From Pseudomonadota bacterium (GTDB lineage: Bacteria; Desulfobacterota; Binatia; Binatales; Binataceae): a stretch of DNA of 64,000 nucleotides. The stretch's first letter is position 1, and every line of letters starts with the position of its first letter. Below, in pieces: positions 38,454 to 47,097 of this stretch. The notes below the pieces were generated by a model that did not search any database, was not told the DNA's origin, and was given only the letters and a program-made list of their open reading frames with translations. The DNA is taken from assembly GCA_021325355.1 (NCBI GenBank), contig JAJPHI010000009.1, forward strand, positions 387,144 through 451,143. Reading direction: 5' to 3'. The position numbers and the translations under genes were made by a program.

Positions 38454-39164
38454 CTACGGCGCCTTGGCCAACCCGCTCAATTGTGACGACTTGTCAACTT
38501 CACCCCGCTCGACGCGCTTCAAGATCTCCAGATTTGCCCGCGCCGGCGTGTAATCCGGATACGCATCGCTGAGTTCGGCCCACTCCTGGCGAGCGCGGAC
38601 GTAGTTCCCTTCTTCCGCGTAGATGACGCCCAGGGTGTTGCGCGCTTCCAACTGATCGGGCTGGAGCCGCAATGAAAGCAGAATCTCCTGTTCCGCCTTG
38701 GCGAGCGCGCCGAGCCGCTCGTAAACCAGGCCCAGGTTGTAATGGGTCTCGTAGCGCGTCGGCGCCAATAGCGTCGCCAGCCGAAAAGCGTCACCCGCCT
38801 GCGTGATCGCGCCCGACTCGAGGTATACGCGGCCCAGGTTGAGGAACAATTCCCAGTCGCTCAAACCCAGTTCAATCGCCTTTTGATAGTCAACCAGCTC
38901 ACGCTTATGGTCACCCAGCTCACCATAAGCGAAGCCCAGGTGATAGTAAGCGAGCGCAAGGTCAGGATGGCGCCGGATGACCGCCAAATGGAGTTTGACG
39001 GCAGTCGGATAGTCCTCCATGCCGAGGTAGTAATCGGCAATGGGATCGCAGATTTGTTCCTCAGGAGCGCTGGTAGAATTATCAGCCGGGGCGACTAAAG
39101 GATAGAGCAACGCTGCGCCCAGCGTCATCGCGATCGCCAAAAACCTTTCGAACCGAGTATGCAA
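38454..39164 (-). CDS. Tetratricopeptide-repeat protein with signal peptide
   Basis: Signal 'FLAIAMTLGAALLYPLVAPA'. Repeated 34-aa TPR-like units, e.g. 'AYYHLGFAYGELGDHKRELVDYQKAIEL'. Confidence 0.75.
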   Translation of the reverse strand: MHTRFERFLAIAMTLGAALLYPLVAPADNSTSAPEEQICDPIADYYLGMEDYPTAVKLHLAVIRRHPDLALAYYHLGFAYGELGDHKRELVDYQKAIELGLSDWELFLNLGRVYLESGAITQAGDAFRLATLLAPTRYETHYNLGLVYERLGALAKAEQEILLSLRLQPDQLEARNTLGVIYAEEGNYVRARQEWAELSDAYPDYTPARANLEILKRVERGEVDKSSQLSGLAKAP

Positions 39165-39336
39165 TTGCGGACGCCGCGGTTGATGCTCCTGCGGCGACTA
39201 TAGCAGGAAGACGAAATGAATGAATAGCGCCGATGACGTGGACGATGATTACAAGCGGATAAAAAAACACGCCGCCCGCTGACCTTCTGGCTGCTCCCAA
39301 CCGATGCGGCGGACGGCGTTGGCGGACGATCGCGAA

Positions 39337-39612
39337 CTACTGCGCCGCCGGCGAGCCGGCCGGTGCCGCCATCGAGGATTCTGCCGCGGGGCTGGCTTCC
39401 GTGCTGGCGGCCTTGTGATGGTGCCGGCGCATATAATGATGATGACGATGATGCATCTTGGTCGTCGGCGCGCTCTCGCTGGTCGAACTGGTGGTTGCCG
39501 GGGCCGCGGCCGAAGCCGCCGCAGCCGGCGAGGAATCCGATTGCGCGAAGGCCGGCAGCGCGATAGCGCTGGCCAGAATCGACGCAGTCAGCATCAAAGC
39601 GGTACGTTTCAT
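39337..39612 (-). CDS. Small secreted His/Arg-rich, Ala/Ser/Pro-rich protein (family member 1)
   Basis: Signal peptide 'MKRTALMLTASILASAIALPAFAQS'. 'HHRHHHYMRRHHHK' block. GAAGGAG SD 8 nt upstream of ATG. C-terminus 'ESSMAAPAGSPAAQ'. Confidence 0.65.
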   Translation of the reverse strand: MKRTALMLTASILASAIALPAFAQSDSSPAAAASAAAPATTSSTSESAPTTKMHHRHHHYMRRHHHKAASTEASPAAESSMAAPAGSPAAQ

Positions 39613-39927
39613 TACTATTGCTCCTTCATTGCCGGCAAAATTGCCGCTGATTCCTTCCTAAAGCCAAGGCCATGCCATCTTAGGCTGGGCCTAAACGCTT
39701 GCAAAGACGGACCGTCGATGGACGGCCGCCATGGTTTGAACGACCGAATGCGGTTACTGACTAGACGCTTTGCGACGAAGCGCGCGGCGCCGTTTATCGC
39801 GCTTCCCTATCTCGCTCTCCGGCCGGCGGCATCCAGCCCGCCCTTACCCCGGCGCCGCCGGGACTCAGCCATCAACGGCTTCGGCCGTAAACAGCGTCAG
39901 GAACGAGCTGGAGCGTAAACCGTAATC

Positions 39928-40185
39928 CTACGAAGCCGCCGGCGAGGCCATCGGCGATTCCTCGGTTCCCGCGCTCGACTTTTCGCGCATCTTGCGCGCG
40001 TGATGACGCCGATGATGATGTTTGGCGCGCGTATGGCCGGCGGTTTCGGCTCCCGAACCGGACATCCCCGGCGACATCGTGGCCTGGGCCGCCGGCGACT
40101 CGGCGGGTGATTGAGCGAGCGCGGGTGCGATCAGCGCGCCGATCAACAGCGCGCCCGCCAGCACGGACATCGTGGTCTTAATCAT
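39928..40185 (-). CDS. Small secreted His/Arg-rich protein (family member 2, paralog of 39337-39612)
   Basis: Start at ATG 40185 with GGGAGGA SD. Signal 'MIKTTMSVLAGALLIGALIAPALAQS'. 'KHHHRRHHARK' block. C-terminus 'ESPMASPAAS'. Confidence 0.65.
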   Translation of the reverse strand: MIKTTMSVLAGALLIGALIAPALAQSPAESPAAQATMSPGMSGSGAETAGHTRAKHHHRRHHARKMREKSSAGTEESPMASPAAS

Positions 40186-40284
40186 GCTCTTCCTCCCTGG
40201 GTTATACAGGCTTTGGGAAGCCCTCATTCCTCCCGATTACCTCTCCCTACCGGCAGACTGCCACTGCGGCCCGATGATCGCGAG

Positions 40285-41007
40285 CTAGGCCGCCGGGCTG
40301 CCCGCGCGAGCCGATTTCAATTCCCGATATAACAGAAAAAGCTCCTTGAAGGCGCGGGCGATAACCCGCAAATCGGCCCCGCTCTGCTCGCCCGCCAGAC
40401 GCGGCAGATGCTTCACGTCCACTTCGGTGATTTTTGCGCCGCGACCTGCCAATCGCGCCATCAACTCTGTCGTAATCATCGCGCCGTGCGCGTGCAAATC
40501 GAGATCCTGCAACAGCTCGCGGCGAAAGAGCTTGAAGCCGCAATCCATATCCGAGATGCGCAGCCCGAACATCATGCGCACCAGCATCGTCCAGGCTTTG
40601 CCATTGAGCTTGCGGACGAAGGGATCGGCGCGATGCGCCCGGCGGCCGACGACGACGTCGTACTCGGGCGTTCGCGCCGCCAGCAGCGCGACATCCGCCG
40701 GGTCGAACTGGCCGTCGCCGTCGCTCAGCAGCACCCACGGCAAAGTGGCCGCGCGGATCCCCGAGATCACCGCGCCCCCGTAGCCGCGATTCACCTCATG
40801 ATGCACGACCCTTACGCGATCGTCGGCCGCTGCCAGTTGATCGGCGATAGCGCCGGTACGGTCGCGACTGCCGTCATCCACCACGATAACCTCGTAAGCG
40901 TCGGCGACCCGCGGCAATTCGGCAAGATAGCCCTTCACCACCCGCTCGATGTTGCCTTCTTCGTTATGCGCGGGTAGGAAGACGCTGAGTCCGGATAAGC
41001 GCGACAC
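40285..41007 (-). CDS. Glycosyltransferase family 2, polyprenol-phosphate (dolichol-phosphate mannose synthase-like) glycosyltransferase
   Basis: 'LSVFLPAHNEEGNIERVV...YEVIVVDDGSRDRT...VVHHEVNRGYGGAV' DPM1-like GT2 motifs. Confidence 0.8.
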   Translation of the reverse strand: MSRLSGLSVFLPAHNEEGNIERVVKGYLAELPRVADAYEVIVVDDGSRDRTGAIADQLAAADDRVRVVHHEVNRGYGGAVISGIRAATLPWVLLSDGDGQFDPADVALLAARTPEYDVVVGRRAHRADPFVRKLNGKAWTMLVRMMFGLRISDMDCGFKLFRRELLQDLDLHAHGAMITTELMARLAGRGAKITEVDVKHLPRLAGEQSGADLRVIARAFKELFLLYRELKSARAGSPAA

Positions 41008-41109
41008 TCGGCTCTCCTATGATCCGGGCGCGACCGCCCGCGCCCTGGTCAGCGGATACACGTGGCCGTCAGGTGGGGTCACTGAATTCTCGGCTGGCCG
41101 GACGCGCGG

Positions 41110-41619
41110 TTACCCGCTGATCGAGCGGTAACCGCCGCGATAGAACAGCAGGGGTTTCAGTTCCCGGGTCTCGGCCTGCTCAATCTCGCCGAGGAACAAG
41201 GTATGGTCACCCCCGTCGTAGGCGGCAAACAGTTTGCACTCGAGGTAGGCCAGCGCCCCTTCGAGAATCGGCGCGCCGTTGGCGCCCATGCGATACGCCA
41301 CGCCCTGAAACTTGTCTCCCCCGCTCACCGCGAATTTGCGCGACAGCGATTCCTGCTCATCGCTCAGGATATTAACGGTGAACACCTTGCTCTCATTGAA
41401 GAACGGATAGCTCTCGGCCTTCTTATCCACGGCGATAAGCAGCAGCGGCGGCTCGAGCGAGACCGACGTAAAGGCATTCGCCGTCAGCCCGTAAGGCGTG
41501 CCGCTCTTCGAGACTGTCGTGATGACCGTCACGCCGGTGGCGAAATGACCCATCACGCGGCGCAACTCGTTGCGTTCAATCGGCATCGGCGTTCCCTGTT
41601 TGGCGCGGCATGCTAGCAA
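41110..41619 (-). CDS. Flavin reductase family protein (FMN-binding split barrel)
   Basis: 'RVMGHFATGVTVITTVSKSGTPYGLTANAFTSVSLEPPLLLIAV' flavin-reductase-like domain. Confidence 0.8.
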   Translation of the reverse strand: MLACRAKQGTPMPIERNELRRVMGHFATGVTVITTVSKSGTPYGLTANAFTSVSLEPPLLLIAVDKKAESYPFFNESKVFTVNILSDEQESLSRKFAVSGGDKFQGVAYRMGANGAPILEGALAYLECKLFAAYDGGDHTLFLGEIEQAETRELKPLLFYRGGYRSISG

Positions 41620-41671
41620 AGCGCTTCAGCGAAGGTCAAATTCTTTTCGCTGGCCGCGAACGCTACCGCAA

Positions 41672-42187
41672 TTATTCCCATCCGCGACGATCGCGCGCGA
41701 TTACCGTGCGCCCGCCCAGATAAACATAGTCAAGATCGAGCGAGGTCAGGGGGCGGTCGGCCGACTCGATCCGAATCTCCTGCGGTCGCGCGATATAAAT
41801 CGTATGGTCGCCGGCGACCAGCTCCTGCACCACTTCAGCCGCCACCGCCGCCATCGCCGACTTCAGCCACGGCACGCCGAGACGCGGCGACAGCACGTAG
41901 TCGATGTTCTCCAGATTGTCGGCGCGCCGCGCCGCCGGCGAATAGAAATAGTCCTCGAGCTCCCGCCCACGCCGCCCCACGATATTCAAACCGAAGCGGC
42001 GCGTGCGCTCGATTACGGCGCGCGACAGATGCTGATTATCGACCGCGGCGCTGAACAACGGCGGCGCGCCCGAGACCTGTGTCACCCACGACGAGGACAT
42101 GCCGTGACAGCGCCCGTTCTCGGCGACGGTCAACACGTAAATGCCCGTGGTCAACGCCCCCAGGAACTGCATCAGCGCATCGTCCAT
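41672..42187 (-). CDS. Flavin reductase-like domain protein (second, tandem copy)
   Basis: 'LMQFLGALTTGIYVLTVAENGRCHGMSSSWVTQVSGAPPLFSAAV'. Start chosen at ATG 42187 with GGAG SD. The ORF track extension to 42376 is unlikely. Confidence 0.7.
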   Translation of the reverse strand: MDDALMQFLGALTTGIYVLTVAENGRCHGMSSSWVTQVSGAPPLFSAAVDNQHLSRAVIERTRRFGLNIVGRRGRELEDYFYSPAARRADNLENIDYVLSPRLGVPWLKSAMAAVAAEVVQELVAGDHTIYIARPQEIRIESADRPLTSLDLDYVYLGGRTVIARDRRGWE

Positions 42188-42335
42188 AATTGCTCCGCTC
42201 AGGGCATCGTGGCCTCTGCGCACGACTGCGCGCATCGCGCCCTGACAATTATCGCTTGACAAAACTCCTTGGCAATTGATCGATTGGGGCATCGCTCGCA
42301 AAATAGCAAATGCTGAAACAAGGGGTTTGTGGCGG

Positions 42336-43022
42336 ATGGCGCGGCGACGGCTCGACCTCAAATTATTGCTCCTCATCCCGATGCTGGCGGTGCTGCCGCC
42401 AGCCCTCGCGTCGGGTCAGTCGAAAACCCCCGCTGCAACCTCGAGAGCGCCGGCGGCGCCAATCGTCACTGCGGCGCAGCCGCCCGCCGCGCTGTCGTCA
42501 CCGTCTGCGATCGCTCCGGTTGACGACACCAGCGCGGGTCAGCGTCTGTACGTCAACAGTATCGACGGCGCCCGCGACGACCCGGCCAACTGGTCGGTGC
42601 ATGTCTTCAAATCGCGCCATCGGATGGAAGTGTATTACCGGGGCCGCCTGTTTCGCGTCTATCACGCGGTCTTCGGCCGCAGTCGATGGGCCGGCGGCAA
42701 GGAATGGGAGGGCGATACGCGCACGCCCGAAGGCTCGTACTTTATTATCCAGAAGCGTCGCAGCCGGCGCTTCGACTGGTTTCTCAAGCTCAACTATCCG
42801 AACGGCCTCGATCAGGAACAGTTTGTCGCCCTCAAGGAAGCCCACCAGATTCCGGCGCGGCTGAGTCTTGGCGGGAACGTCGGGATTCACGGGACCGATG
42901 ATCCGCGGCTGAATCGCGACAACGTCAACTGGACGCTTGGCTGCATCTCGGTGGACAACCAGAATATCGAAGAGATGGCGGCGCTTCTGCCGGTGGGCAC
43001 GCTCGTGGTAATCAAACCCTGA
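42336..43022 (+). CDS. L,D-transpeptidase (YkuD domain) with signal peptide
   Basis: Signal 'LKLLLLIPMLAVLPPALASG'. Catalytic 'GIHGTDDP...WTLGCISVDNQNI' His/Cys motif of L,D-transpeptidases. Confidence 0.8.
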   Translation: MARRRLDLKLLLLIPMLAVLPPALASGQSKTPAATSRAPAAPIVTAAQPPAALSSPSAIAPVDDTSAGQRLYVNSIDGARDDPANWSVHVFKSRHRMEVYYRGRLFRVYHAVFGRSRWAGGKEWEGDTRTPEGSYFIIQKRRSRRFDWFLKLNYPNGLDQEQFVALKEAHQIPARLSLGGNVGIHGTDDPRLNRDNVNWTLGCISVDNQNIEEMAALLPVGTLVVIKP

Positions 43023-43076
43023 GGCGGACCCGCTCCAACGGTCCGCATGGCGCGGTCAGGCGAGGAGGGCCGACTG

Positions 43077-44267
43077 ATGGAAGCACCGGCGGGCGAATTC
43101 AATTTCACGCGGCTTGAGCGCGTGGTCTTTGGTCCGGGAAAAATCACGACGCTCGGTCGCGAGCTGGAACGGCGCGGACTCGAACGCGCGATCGTCGTGA
43201 CCGGCAACAGTCTTGGCCGCTCGAAACTCCTCGATAAGGTGACCGGCACGCTGGCCAGCCGCTGCGTCGCGGTCTTCAAAGGCGCGCGCCAGCACGTGCC
43301 GCTCAGCACGGTGCAGGCGCTGATCGAGGAGATCAAACGCGCCCGCGCCGATTGTCTGGTCAGCTTCGGCGGCGGCAGCCCGATCGATACCGCGAAAGTG
43401 GCCGCGGCGGCCGTGCTGACCGGGCGTGATCCGCTCGCCAGCGCCCGCCATATCGATTTCACCAACGCTGCCGCCGTCACTGACAGCAAAGCCGATCTGG
43501 TTGAGATTGCCGTACCGACCACGCTTTCCGCCGGCGAATACACGCCGGCCGGCGGTGTCACCAACGAGGCCACCCTGGTCAAGGGCGGCGTCGTCGATCC
43601 GCGCCTGCAGCCGCGCACGGTCATCAACGATCCGACCCTGACGGTCGAGACCCCTGATTGGCTCTGGGTGGCGACCGGGATGCGCGCGCTCGACCACGCG
43701 GTCGAGGCCATCTACTCGATCCGCCACCAGCTTCTGACCGATACGCTGGCAACGCGCGCCATCGCACTCCTCTTCGAGCATCTGCCGGCCTCGATCAAAA
43801 CCACCGGCGATGCCGCCATCAGCCATCGCGGCTACTGCCAGATGGCGGCCTGGCTGTCGATCTTCGGCGGAATGAACACGCGCTTCGGCGTTTCACACGC
43901 GCTCGGCCATCAGATCGGTCCCAAATGGAATGTTGCTCACGGCGTGACCTCGTGCATCACGCTGCCGCATGTGATGCGCTTCATGGCCGAGATCGCGCCC
44001 GAGCGCTTCGGGCCTATCGCCGAGGGCCTGGGCGTGACGTTCACACCGGAGGAGGCGCGGCGCAGCGCGCTTGAATGCGCCGACCGGGTCGCCGCCTTTA
44101 TCGCGCAGTTCGACGTGCCCCATAATCTCAGGGAGGCCGGCGTGCCGCGCGCCGAGCTCGGTCAGATTGTCGCGCCCGTGTTCGAAGAGATCGATCGCGC
44201 GAAGGTGGTGGATCGCGCCGTCTCGCGCGAGGAAATCGTGTCGCTGCTCGAACGCGCGTACGCCTGA
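43077..44267 (+). CDS. Iron-containing alcohol dehydrogenase family protein (maleylacetate reductase-like)
   Basis: 'ERAIVVTGNSLGRS' and 'VSFGGGSPIDTAKVAAAA' Fe-ADH GGGS motif. His-rich metal site 'HALGHQIG'. Confidence 0.8.
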   Translation: MEAPAGEFNFTRLERVVFGPGKITTLGRELERRGLERAIVVTGNSLGRSKLLDKVTGTLASRCVAVFKGARQHVPLSTVQALIEEIKRARADCLVSFGGGSPIDTAKVAAAAVLTGRDPLASARHIDFTNAAAVTDSKADLVEIAVPTTLSAGEYTPAGGVTNEATLVKGGVVDPRLQPRTVINDPTLTVETPDWLWVATGMRALDHAVEAIYSIRHQLLTDTLATRAIALLFEHLPASIKTTGDAAISHRGYCQMAAWLSIFGGMNTRFGVSHALGHQIGPKWNVAHGVTSCITLPHVMRFMAEIAPERFGPIAEGLGVTFTPEEARRSALECADRVAAFIAQFDVPHNLREAGVPRAELGQIVAPVFEEIDRAKVVDRAVSREEIVSLLERAYA

Positions 44268-44290
44268 ACGTCCGACAGGGAGGAATCCGC

Positions 44291-44692
44291 ATGAGCGTTG
44301 AAAGCAACAAGCAACTCGTCACCGACTTCTGGAAGGCTTTCGCCGGCGGCGATATCAAGACCGCGTTCGCGATGCTCTCCGACGAAGTAAGCTGGCTGAT
44401 TCCGGGCAACCTCCCCGAGCTCTCCGGCCTGCGCAAGGGCAAGGCCGAGATTCTCAACTTTGCCCGCACTGCAGCCAAAACCTTCCCGAGCGGGCTTCGG
44501 AGCGAAATTCGGCGCGTCTATGGCGACGGCGAAACGGTGCTGGTCGAGATGACCAATCGCGGCAAACTTTTTAACGGCCGCGACTACGAGAACGAATACT
44601 GCTTCGTCTTCGAGATCGAAGGCGGCAAAATTCGCCGCGTGCGCGAGTACGTCGATACGCACAAGGTGCATGAGCTGAGCGCCTCGGCCTAG
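44291..44692 (+). CDS. NTF2-like (SnoaL/ketosteroid isomerase-like) protein
   Basis: 'QLVTDFWKAFAGGDIKTAFAMLSDEVSWLIPGN...IRRVREYVDT' typical SnoaL-like fold sequence features. AGGGAGGAA SD upstream. Confidence 0.7.
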   Translation: MSVESNKQLVTDFWKAFAGGDIKTAFAMLSDEVSWLIPGNLPELSGLRKGKAEILNFARTAAKTFPSGLRSEIRRVYGDGETVLVEMTNRGKLFNGRDYENEYCFVFEIEGGKIRRVREYVDTHKVHELSASA

Positions 44693-44720
44693 GCCGCTGA
44701 CGCGGCGCGCCGTGATCCAT

Positions 44721-46148
44721 CTAGGCGCGCGCCTTGAGCATCCGGTAGACCGGCGCCGCGCTGAGCGCGATCAGGAAGCCCGGCCAGGTGTAGCGCGGTT
44801 TCACGACGAGCAGATCGGCCATCAGGCTGAGCGCGGCGCCGACGTAAAGCGCCGGCAACCATGGATAACCCGGCACCCGGTAGCTGCGAGGTGCCGCCGG
44901 CCGGCGACGGCGCATCACGAACACCGCACCGACGGTCAGCGCATAGAACAGAAGCTGGGTGAAGATGACGTAGTCGAGCAGCTCGGAGTAGGTGCCGGAA
45001 AGCGTCAGCAGGGCCGACCAGACGCCCTGCACGACGAGCGCAACATCCGGCACCGCGGCCCGATTCAGACGTCCCGCCGCGGCAAAAAACAGCCGGTCAT
45101 GCGCCATCGCCCAGATAACACGCGCGCCGGTCAGAATCAGACCGTTCGCGCATCCGAAGGTCGAAATCATGACCAGCACGGCGATCACGAGCGGTCCCCG
45201 GCCACCCAGGATCGAGCTCATCGCGGCGGTTGCCACGCGGTCGTCGGCGGCACCGGCGATACCGCGCGCAAAGGCGCTGCCGGCGTGCGGCGCAGCGCCG
45301 CTCGCCACGGGCAGTTCGCAGAGGTAGGCGACGTTGGTCAGCAGGTAGAGCAGAATCACGAGGCCCGCGCCGAGGGCGAGTGCGCGCGGCAAGTCGCGCC
45401 GTGGCTCCCGCGCTTCGGTGGCAACGAAGGTCACCGTGGCCCAGGCGTCCGACGAGAATAATCCGCCGACCATCGCGGCGCCGAAAGCCGCCGGTCCCAC
45501 GCTCGCGCCGTCGCCGAAAAATGCGCGCAGAGTGCCGAAATTCCGCGCGATCGCCCCGGGGTCCGGCGCGATCAGGCAGCCCAGCACGATAAGCATCAGG
45601 AGCGCCCCGACCTTCGCCGTCGTAAAGGCGTTTTGCACCGTCTTGCCGAGGTCGAGACCGCGCAGATTGAGCGCCGTCAGAAGCGCAATCACGCCTACTG
45701 CCACGATTCTTTCGTGGGACAGGCCGACCGTGCCGACGCCGAAGAAAAGCGTCGCGCCGCACCAGGGAAAGAGCACCGCGGCAAAGCGCGCAAACGCCAC
45801 CGCGACCGCCGCCACCGTCCCCGACTGGATCACCAGCAGCAGCGACCAGCCATAGGCGAAGCCGACCAGGTCGCCGTATGCCTCGCGAAGGAAGACATAT
45901 TGCCCACCCGCCTCCGGCATCATTGCCGCCAACTCGCCGTAACTGAGCGCGCCGAGAATCGTCATGAAACCGCTGGCGATCCACACGCCCAGCAGTCCCG
46001 CGGGCGAGCCGACCTTGCGCGCGATATCCGCCGAAACGATAAAGATGCCCGACCCGATCATCGAGCCGGCGACGATCATGGCGCAGTCAAACAACGAGAG
46101 CCGTCGGGCAAAGCGGCGTTCAGATGAGCGCCCGCGCGACTGCGTCAT
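44721..46148 (-). CDS. APC-family amino acid permease
   Basis: 'LSLFDCAMIVAGSMIGSGIFIVSADIA' amino acid permease N-terminal signature. 12 TM segments. Confidence 0.8.
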   Translation of the reverse strand: MTQSRGRSSERRFARRLSLFDCAMIVAGSMIGSGIFIVSADIARKVGSPAGLLGVWIASGFMTILGALSYGELAAMMPEAGGQYVFLREAYGDLVGFAYGWSLLLVIQSGTVAAVAVAFARFAAVLFPWCGATLFFGVGTVGLSHERIVAVGVIALLTALNLRGLDLGKTVQNAFTTAKVGALLMLIVLGCLIAPDPGAIARNFGTLRAFFGDGASVGPAAFGAAMVGGLFSSDAWATVTFVATEAREPRRDLPRALALGAGLVILLYLLTNVAYLCELPVASGAAPHAGSAFARGIAGAADDRVATAAMSSILGGRGPLVIAVLVMISTFGCANGLILTGARVIWAMAHDRLFFAAAGRLNRAAVPDVALVVQGVWSALLTLSGTYSELLDYVIFTQLLFYALTVGAVFVMRRRRPAAPRSYRVPGYPWLPALYVGAALSLMADLLVVKPRYTWPGFLIALSAAPVYRMLKARA

Positions 46149-46277
46149 CACCGGGCTTCTCGCCCATCCTGCCACCGAGCAGGGCGCCCGGCGAGTGCGG
46201 AGAAGTAACTTAAGAGAAGGAAGGAGACCTGTGCGTCGTCGTCCCCGCGACGCACAGGTCGCGTCGTGGAATTACGG

Positions 46278-46484
46278 TTAGGAGCCGGACGGCGACGCCA
46301 TCGGGCTTGCCTCGGAACTCGCACTGGCCTCAGGCGCCGCAGCCGAGGCCGATTCTGCCGGGCTCGCTTCACTGCCCGCGGCGGACGCTGAGGCCTCGGG
46401 CGAGGAAGTCTCCTCCGTGGATTTCTGGCACGCCGTCAATGCAAGAAATGCCGGAATCAGAGCGAAGATGAGGAACTTGCGCAT
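46278..46484 (-). CDS. Small lipoprotein, Ala/Ser/Glu/Pro-rich (family member 3 of the small secreted protein family, lacks His block)
   Basis: ATG 46484 preceded by AAGGAGG SD. Signal plus lipobox 'MRKFLIFALIPAFLALTAC'. C-terminus 'SEASPMASPSGS' matches the C-termini of 39337-39612 and 39928-40185. Confidence 0.6.
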   Translation of the reverse strand: MRKFLIFALIPAFLALTACQKSTEETSSPEASASAAGSEASPAESASAAAPEASASSEASPMASPSGS

Positions 46485-47097
46485 TACACCCTCCTTAGTA
46501 AAGTCGGCAGCAAAGCAAGTCTGCGCCAAGCCGATGCCTGAACGCCGGTAGGATACTTCACGCTAAAACCGACTTCAAGGTGACTCCCGCGCGATTATCA
46601 CCGGTTACTTGTCGGCGCAGGTCGGCCCGCTTTTGCGGCCGTTCGCGCGAACGCCCTTCGCCAGTGGCGGAGGGCCATCATGCCCGTCGGGAGCAGTTGG
46701 ATGAGCCGTGCTACGGCCCGCAGCAGAGCAGGTCTCGTGGTCTTTGCTCCTCGCCTCAGGCAAATTTTTTGACTCAAATCCATGCGTATGGCATATCTCG
46801 CTCGGTTGGGGGCAAGTTGCGCGGCAGGAGGAGGGGGCGTGGACGCTTTTCGCAGCTCGTCGGCGCGACGAGCGGAGGTTCATCATAATCGCCTGGTAGT
46901 CGAACCTGAGCTGGATATGCATCGTTCGCAACCGCGATCGTCGCGGATGGTCAGGTTTCTCGCTTTGTTTCGACGGCTGATTACAACTTCGGAAGTGACC
47001 ACCGAGCCGCCGAAACGCTCGATTCAGCGCGAGCTCGAGGAAAACTGGCCCAACGGCACCGCCGACTGAGCGTCGAGCCGCGCCGGCGGCGCGCTGA

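Noticed and set aside
46880-46900. Possible tRNA T-loop (GGTTCGA on the minus strand) in the long spacer 46530-47097
   Set aside because: Flanking bases do not form a T-stem or acceptor stem. No cloverleaf could be built by eye.
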